Below are positions 11,701 to 20,700 of a stretch of 64,000 nucleotides of DNA, piece by piece. Source of the stretch: a virus; IMG/VR virus record IMGVR_UViG_3300045988_124978, positions 241 to 64,240 of that record; one strand, given 5' to 3'. The notes under the pieces are model-generated. The model was not told where the DNA came from, ran no database searches, and worked only from the letters and a program-made list of their open reading frames with translations. The position numbers and the translations under genes are program-made. Positions within the stretch are counted from its first letter, which is position 1, and every line of letters starts with the position of its first letter.

Positions 11701-14700
11701 CCGAGCCGAAGCATGAAGCCGTTGGCGACTTCTACGAGGATGGTATTAACGAGAATGCAGTTGCGGCATTGCCAGAAGACACTGCCATACAGCTCCATGT
11801 TGTTGACATTCTCAATCCGGGCATGACCGACCATTCAATGAAGTCGAAGATCGAGAGCCTCAACACATTGCTTCCTATGATTTCAGACAAGAAATTGTCG
11901 GAACTCGACAAGGAGTATGGCGACGACAAGGATATGGGCACCCATATCAAGGCAGAGGTGGCGAGACGTGCCAAGGATGGCGGCGTTCAGCCCACATCAT
12001 CAGAGAAACCAGCAGACAAGCCAAAGCCTGCATCCAAGAAAAAAGCAACTAAGAAAGTTAAACCAGAGCAGCCTGTAGGTGATTTGTTTGCCGGGCTGTT
12101 TGATAATACATCAGACAATGGATTACAAGGAAATGATGAAGCGGTACGCACCGAAACAGTGCCAGCCGACAATAGTGGACAACAGCAAGGACTACGAGAA
12201 AGCCAAGGAAGCCCTCGCAAAACAGCTGCACAAGAAGGTGGAAGACCTGACGGAGGACGAGGAGGACAAAGCACTGGCAAAGATAGGGCTGTGTCCGCTG
12301 GACTTCATGGACTGACCCAGCCGAAGAACACACACAACAACCATTCAGAGCGTGGCGCAGACCATGCCCCTACTTCGGTGAATGGCAGAATAGAGGCCAA
12401 TATCAAGGCTATTGAGTTGGCGCATGAATTACTTGAGAGCGGTGAGACAGCCACTCCCGAGCAGATGAGTGTGCTTAGACAGTTCAGTGGTTGGGGTGGT
12501 CTTGGAGCCGCTTTCAGCGACGGAGGCTATGACTGGAAACAGCGTGAGCGTAACAAGAAAATACGTGAGTTGCTTGGAGAAGAAGCCTACGAGCAAGCCG
12601 TTATGAGTGCTAACAGTGCCTACTACACCCCTGCATACGTTGTTGATACACTTTGGGACATTGCAAATCAGCTTGGTTTCAAGGGTGGCAACATCTTGGA
12701 GGGTTCTGCAGGTATTGGCAATATTTTGGGTCAGATGCCAACAATGGTAAGCGAGCGCAGTAACATTCACGCCATTGAGATAGACGGCACATCTGGCGGC
12801 ATTCTCTCATTGCTCTATCCCGATGCCAAGGTGGAGATACAAGGTTTTGAGCAGACACGCATACCTAATGGCAGTGTGGATTTGGCTATTACCAATGTAC
12901 CTTTCGTTACTGGGTTGCGTGTGAATGACACCACAGGCGACAGTGACCTTTCCAAGAAGTTCCACAATATCCACGACTTCTGTATAGCCAAGAATGTGCG
13001 TAAGTTGCGTGAGGGTGGATTGGGTATCTTCATTTCTTCAAACGGCACACTCGATAACAGCAAGGCTTTGCGCGACTGGGTTGTGAACGAGGGAGGTTCG
13101 GACTTCATCGGAGCATTCCGCATGAACAATAAGACCTTTGGCGGTACAACCGTCACGTCGGACATCATCGTTATCCGCAAGCGAGTGAATGGTCAAAAGT
13201 CGGCACAAGCTATTGACGTGAGCACAATCAGCGGTGAGCGTACAGCCGAATATGAAGAACCAGGCGCACGCAAGGCTAAGCAACTCTCCATGGACTACAA
13301 CAAGTATTTCATTGAGCACCCCGACCACATGGCAGGTGAAATGCGCTTTGCATTTGAGAAAGGTGACACATTCAGACCTACGAGCAAGGGACTCTACCCG
13401 GTAAGCGGTAAAGACCAAGGCAAGATGTTGGCTGACTTCGTTAAATCGTTCACTGAAGAAGATAACAGCCAAATGACCGCCACAGATCACCACGATGTTT
13501 CACTTGTGCTTGATGCGTCAGCGGACGGCAAGAAACTTGGTGAAATGTATATGAAAGACGGTAAGATTGTTTTGGCCAGCTTTGGCGGTTACTATCCTCT
13601 TGAAGTAAACGACAAGAAGATAAAGGGACATACTAAGCAAGAGTGTTTTACTGCTTATGCTGCCATCAAGACAGCTTTGGCTGATGTAATGAAGTATCAG
13701 ACAGAGAATGAGGATAATGAAGGACTAAAGCCATTGATTGCCAAACTCAACAAGGCATACGACAGTTTTGTGAGCACATACGGTCACTTCACAAAAAACA
13801 ACCAATTAGCGTGGTTGCGTAATGATGTGGACTATCCAAATGTATTCTCGTTAGAGACTTATAAGGAGCAAGGAGACGGCAAGGGAGGCGTTGTCAAGAC
13901 CTACGATAAGGCCGATGTGATGAAAGGCCGTGTTGTGGAAAAAGAAATCGAACCGCACCCAGAGAATGTTAAGGACGGTGTTGTTGTAAGTATGTTCAAG
14001 AACGGACGCATAGATGTTCCTTACATTGCAAACCAACTCGGAAAGAGTGAGGCGGAAGTAAAACGCGAAATCATTGATAGCGGACTCGGTTTTGAAGACC
14101 CGACAACACGACAGATGGAAGTATCATACCAATATCTGAGTGGAAACGTAAGAGAAAAGCTGAAACAAGCAGAGGCCAACAATGAGAATGGCGAATACAG
14201 CAAGAATATCAAGGCATTGCAGGATGTAGTTCCTATGAATATTCCTGCACACTTGATAGACTTTACACTCGGTTCGTCATGGCTTGACCCAAAACTATAT
14301 GACGAGTATGTGAAAGAGCGTACCGACATAGACGTGCATTTCACAGCAGCTGGTGGTACATGGTTCATGAAAGCCCCGACCTATGGTGTGAACGTTGAAA
14401 AGAACCGCGCAATGGGTATTGTGAGTGAAATGCTTAAGAAAACAATAATGGGTCATGAACTCATTGAAGCTGCTATTCAGAACAAAAGTATTACTATTTC
14501 GCGTACGGAAAAGCATTATGATGGTACAACGGAAACCATCACCGACCGCGAGGCTATGGCAGCATGTGCAGCCAAGATAGATGAGATACGTCAGGACTTC
14601 AAGGATTGGGCGCGAGGAAAGATGCAGCGTAACGCGGACTTGTCAGCACGCATAGAGCAAGAGTATAACGACCGCTTCAACAACTATGTTCCTATGAGCA

Positions 14701-17700
14701 TACCTGAAGACTTTGTACCTGAATACTTCGGTGGCGCAACACACAAGTTCAAGATGCGCCCACACCAAGGTAAAGCCATTGTCCGAGGTACGATGCAGCC
14801 GTTAATGCTTGCCCATGAGGTTGGTACTGGTAAGACATTCACCCTTATCTCCACCGCAATGGAGATGCGCAGACTCGGCACGGCACGCAAACCTATGATT
14901 GTGGTACAGAATGCTACCGTAGGACAATTTGCAGCCTCAGCCAAGGAACTCTATCCAAATGCCAAGGTGCTTGTGTTGGATGATAACGATCGTGACGCAG
15001 AGGGACGCAAAAATTTCTACGCCAAAATAAAGTACAATGATTGGGATATGGTAATTATTCCTCAGAGTACATTGGATAAAATTCCCGATAGTGACGAGCG
15101 TCAGATGCAGTTTGTGCAGGATAAGATAGACGAGAAGATGCGTGTACTTGAGCAGATGCGTGAGGCTGACACCAACGGTAAAGACCCTATAACAAGGCGT
15201 GCAGAAAAAGAATTGGCAGATCTGCAAGTAGAAATGGCTGAACTGTCAGAAGAAATTTCGAAGAAGCGCACAGCTAATAACGAAAAGAAGAAAGCTGTTG
15301 CCAAGCAGAACGCAGCTGTTAAGGCGCAGGAAATGCTCGAGCGTAGCACGGATGATGTGGAGAACTTTGACGATATGGGCATTGATGCCCTACTCATTGA
15401 CGAAGCGCACGAATACAAACACCTTGGTTTTGCTACAGCCATGCAGCGCGGTGTGAAAGGCGTTGACCCTTCATACAGTAAGAAGTCGCAAGGCGTGTAT
15501 TTGAAGACGCAAGCCATATTGGAGAAGAACAATGGACGCAACGTTATCTTCGCCACAGGTACGCCTATCAGTAATACAGCAGCAGAGATTTGGACTTTCA
15601 TGCGTTACCTCATGCCAAAGGACACCATGAAGGAATACGGTATTTACTACTTTGACGACTTTGTGCGCAACTTCGGTAATATACAGCAGATGCCCGAGTT
15701 CAAAACAAATGGCAAGTTCAAGGAAGTGAACCGATTTGCAGGATATGTGAATTTGCCTGAGTTGGTTCGTATATGGTCGAGCGTATCGGATACGGCATTA
15801 ACCAAAGACCAGACGGAGCTTGTTGAGAAAATACCAGAAATGGAGGGTGGCAAGGCGCAGGACATTTATCTACCACAGACACGCGCATTGCGCAGCGTAA
15901 TGAAATATGTACGCAAGCAGTTGGACGATTTCGAGCAGATGAGTGGCAAGGAGAAGAAGGAAAACAGCAGTATACCTCTCACCATGTATGGCATTGCTCA
16001 GAGAGCAGCTGTTGATGCACGATTGGTACAAGTAGATGCTGAGGATGATCCAAGAAGCAAGACCAACGAAGCTGTGCGCCAAACTTTGCGTTCGCTGAAA
16101 GAAACGAACGACTACAAGGGTACGGTAGCCATCTTTGCTGACAGTTACGAGAACAAGCATAGCGGTTTCAACTTGTATGAGGATATCAAGAAAAAACTAG
16201 TTTCGCAAGGTGTTCCTGAAAGCGAAATCGTTGTGATGAAGTCAGGCATGAAAATAAAACAGAAGCTTGACATTTTCGACAAGGTAAACCGAGGCGAGGT
16301 GCGTGTTATACTCGGCAGTACTGCTACCCTTGGAACTGGTGTGAACATACAAGAACGTCTGCACACCCTTATCCATCTTGACGCGCCAAATCGCCCAATG
16401 GATTACACGCAGCGTAACGGACGCATCTTGCGACAGGGCAACCTGCACAAGCAATGGAACAAGCCTGTTCGTGTACTTCGTTTCGGTGTGGAAGATAGTC
16501 TTGACGTAACTGCATATCAGCGTTTGAAAACAAAAGGTGCGATTGCTGATAGTGTTATGGAGGGTGACCGACTGATGCAAGACAGCATGAACAACCGTGT
16601 GCTTGAAGAGGAAGAAGATGTGTTTGGCGACACTGTTGCTCAACTCTCAGGTAGTGAGTACGCTCTACTGAAGAACAATGCGGAGAAGAATGTGCGCAAG
16701 TATGAGAGCCGTAGGAAGCAGTGGGAAGCCGACCAAGTTTATATCCACTATGCCAAACCAAGGATCGAGGGACAGATAGAGGCAGCAGAGCAACGAGCAG
16801 AGGAAGCTAACGCACACCTGCATGCAGTGCAAAAGGCATTCCCCGGTGGTAAGTTCACTGAGATAACTGTAGGCAAGCTAAAATTTGCTTCGGTTGATGG
16901 CATGGCAGACTTCATCAAGGAACACAACAAAAAGATTCTTGATGTGGTAAAGGAAATGAAAAAGACACCTGTCACTAAAACTCAGACACAAACACTCACC
17001 TTATCATTGGGAGGTTATGACTTCGTTGTCAAAACAGAAATGTCACGAGAGACGGTGAATAATGGTGGGTCGTTGTTTGCCGAGATACACCGTAAAATGA
17101 GCTATTCATGCCCTGAACTTGGACTGAATGATGTACCTGTAAAGCAGTCGCTATTGCGCAACGCCATTGAGGATATTACCGAGAATGTAATCACAGGCAA
17201 GGATTTTGCTGAGCGTGTCGACGTTGCCACACGTATGATACAGCACGATAAATCAGAGTTGGAACAAGTAAAGCAGCGTGAAGGTAAACCATTTGAGTTT
17301 GAGAAGGAACTTGAAGAAGCCAAGCGTCAGTTTGAGGAATATTCCGAGGCCATGAAGGTAGAAATGGCAGAAAAGGAGAAGAAGTATGCCGAAATGGACG
17401 CAAGTGTTGAGGCAGCTACTGATGTCGTTGCAGACGATGAGGACGAAGCCGACGATGGTAACAGTAAACATCGTATGCTTGAAGATGATACACCTAATGT
17501 AATGGAGAATGATTCTAACGCGATGGTGGATCGAGTAACTGAGTTGTCAGAACGTCTTCACACTCCTGTACGCATCATACGTACTGAGGAAGAAGTGGCT
17601 GCTTTGCCGAGTGCGCGTCAGCGCAGAATGAAGGGTAGCTTTAATCCTTTGACAGGCGAGGTGACTATTGTTGTTCCCAACAATGCTAACATGGCAGACA

Positions 17701-20700
17701 TTGAGAATACGTTTGTGCATGAGGTTGTGGGTCACGATGGTTTGCGCGTACTGTTCCCTGATGAGGCGAAGCTGAACAATGCTCTTGATGAACTTTATCG
17801 TGTATCGAATGAAGGTATTCAGCAGACCATTGACCGCATGGCGCAGAAAATGTACGATGCCGAGGTGGACCGCATACGTGAGAAGAAGCGCAAAGAGCAT
17901 GAGGCAAAGGGCGAGGATACAAACGCTTCATACTATGCTGACATGGCTGAGGCACATGCCGAGGCGAGCAAGAAACGCGAACAGTTCAAGCGTGATGCCA
18001 CCGAGGAATATGGTGCCGACCTTGCAGGACGTATTGGTGAAAAAGGCTTTGAGCAGATGAGTGCTGAGGAACTTACCTTCTGGGGTAAGTTGAAAGCCAT
18101 GCTCCAAAAGGCTCTACAAAAATTGTTGGATGGATTGAAAATCCCCGGCAGAAGAAAGTGGGGGGATAAGGACTGGGCATTTGTGCTGCATGAAGCTTAC
18201 AAGCGTAAGAAGAATGGTGGTAAGCCTACTGTGTTCGATGCAGCTGATACTGAGGTTATGCGCAGGAAAACAGGGTTTGGAGATGTGATGTTCAGTGAGA
18301 ATAGACGTTCTGGAGGTTCTAGGTATATCGAGGATATGAAACAGAAGGTTGAAGAATTGTTTGAAAAAGCCAGGACAGGAGAGTTTGTCGGGAAACCTGC
18401 AAGCATCGGTCGGCTTAGCGCAGATGGCAAGGTATACTTGGAGCAATTGTCAGGATTGCATTTCAAGGAATATGTAGACTTTGTTCTCAATCCTTCGGAT
18501 TTGAATCACATCCGTGCTGATCACTATGGTCAGAATGAAAAGGATAAGGGTAATAATATTCCTTTGACTGATGAGGATATTCAGAATATGGTGGACGTGC
18601 TGAACCAGCCTGACGGCATACTCTATGGCATTGATAAGAATGATGGACGAAAGTTGTTCTTCTTCTTGAGAGATGCAGGTAACGGATTGTATAATCTGAC
18701 GGAAGTGTGCAGTACAAAAAAAGGAAACCTTACTGCAAAGAGTTTCTTTAAATCAAAAAAGAAAGGTATCGACCAGCGAGTTATGGAAATTAGACAATCC
18801 CTACTCCCTACGTCCGTAACGTACTCTGGTGAATCCCTTTCTTCGGATGCAAAGATACCGCCTTTGTTTGATATTAACGAAGTTTCTGACGAAAATGTTT
18901 CAGATGAGGGCATTATGTTCAGTGATGGTAAGAATAAGACCGGTGAGCCAAAGCCAATAGGACACAGCACATTCGGAAGCGTGTACAACCAGTTCAAGGG
19001 CAAAGTTCTTCAAGCCGTGAAATTCTTGCTCAATCACGAAAGCGGAGATTTGCTTGGTGTTTTCCATAGAAATGATGTAGGAGATATTGATATGGTTTGG
19101 GGTGATGAAGGTGGCGGATTCTGCCATATTCTGAACAAGCATATCAACGACAAGGACTTTCCTACTGTCAAGGATTTGGTATCTCGCATAGAAGACATCA
19201 TAAACAAAGGAGAGGTTGACGAACGACATTCTAATGCCGACAAACTTGTATTGGTGAAGGATGGTTACCTTGTTACGATACGTCGTAACGTAAGAGAAAA
19301 GGGCATAAAAATAGCCGACAAGAACTGGGTTCTGACGGCTTATAATAAAGATGCACCTGCCACCACCAAGGCTCCCGTTGATGGCACTTATGGGAGCACG
19401 GCTGTCGCTCCCGGTACATCTTCGGATGCAAAGTTAGCAACAAAGTCTGAGATTAACGAATTTTCAGACAATAATGTTACAGATGATGGCATTATGTTCC
19501 GCGACGGTGACAGTGAGGAGTATGACAAGGCAATGGCGCGTGACATTTATGAGCAGCGTGTAAGACGTGGTATGTTCCAAACGCAAGAAGCTGTGCAAGA
19601 TAGTATGCTTGGACTGAAGGAAGCTATGGACGCGATACTGAAGGCTGAGGATGAAGATGTTTATATAGAAGACGTGGCAGGATATGAGAATGCTTACCTT
19701 GGCGAGAATCGCCTATCTTCTGTTAATCAGGCTGAGTGTTCTGCCTTTGCGCAAACTTTGTTTAAGCCTTTGCTCGAGGAAGTAGCTAAACTTGCTAAGA
19801 CTGCTGACGAACGTGCAGAGTTGACTGATTACATGATGGCTAAGCATGGGTTGGAACGTAATCAGGTTATGGCGCGGAGGGCTGCTGAGAAGGATGCTCG
19901 TTCGGAGTTCTCTGCAGAGTTGCTTGCTGCTCAGCAGGCTGTAGACAATGATCCGTTAGACCAAGATGCGATTGATGCTCTTGATGATGTGACGCAGCGA
20001 ATGCAAGATCGTGAAGATGAGCTTTACTTGAAGAACCGCGAACGTGACTTTGCTGGTCTTACCGCTTTGACAGGAATGAACAATGTGCTTGATGCGGAAG
20101 CAGAGGCGCAACAAATGGTATCTGACTACGAAAGTAACCATTGGGTTCCTGTTTTGTGGAACAATGTTAAGGCTGTAACAAAGGCTACATTGCAGAAGAC
20201 ATACGAAAGTGGACTCATTAACAAAGCAACATACGACGACATCAGCGGAATGTATGAGACTTATATCCCTTTGCGTGGCTTTGACGACCAAACAAGTGAC
20301 GAGGTGTATGCTTACTTGGCTGATAAGCATAGTGCATTTAATGCTCCTATCAAAACAGCTAAGGGTCGTAAAAGTAAAGCTGACGACCCATTTGCTAATA
20401 TGGAGGCTATGGCTGAAAGTGCGATTATGCAGGGTAACCGCAATGTGCTTGTGAAGCAGAAGTTTTTGAACTTTGCTTTGAACCATCCGAGTGATTTGGT
20501 TAGTGTGAGTGATTTGTGGTTGTATCATGATGATGTGTTAGATGAGTGGCAACCCATTAACACGGGTGGATTTGTTGGTACAGAGGCTATTGAAGAAGAT
20601 GACAGTCCTGCTGAAGTAGAGCGTAAGATGCGTGATTTTGAAGAAGCGATGGAAAATGCTGCAAAAGTTGACCCCGACCATTTTAAGAAGCAGAAGGATC

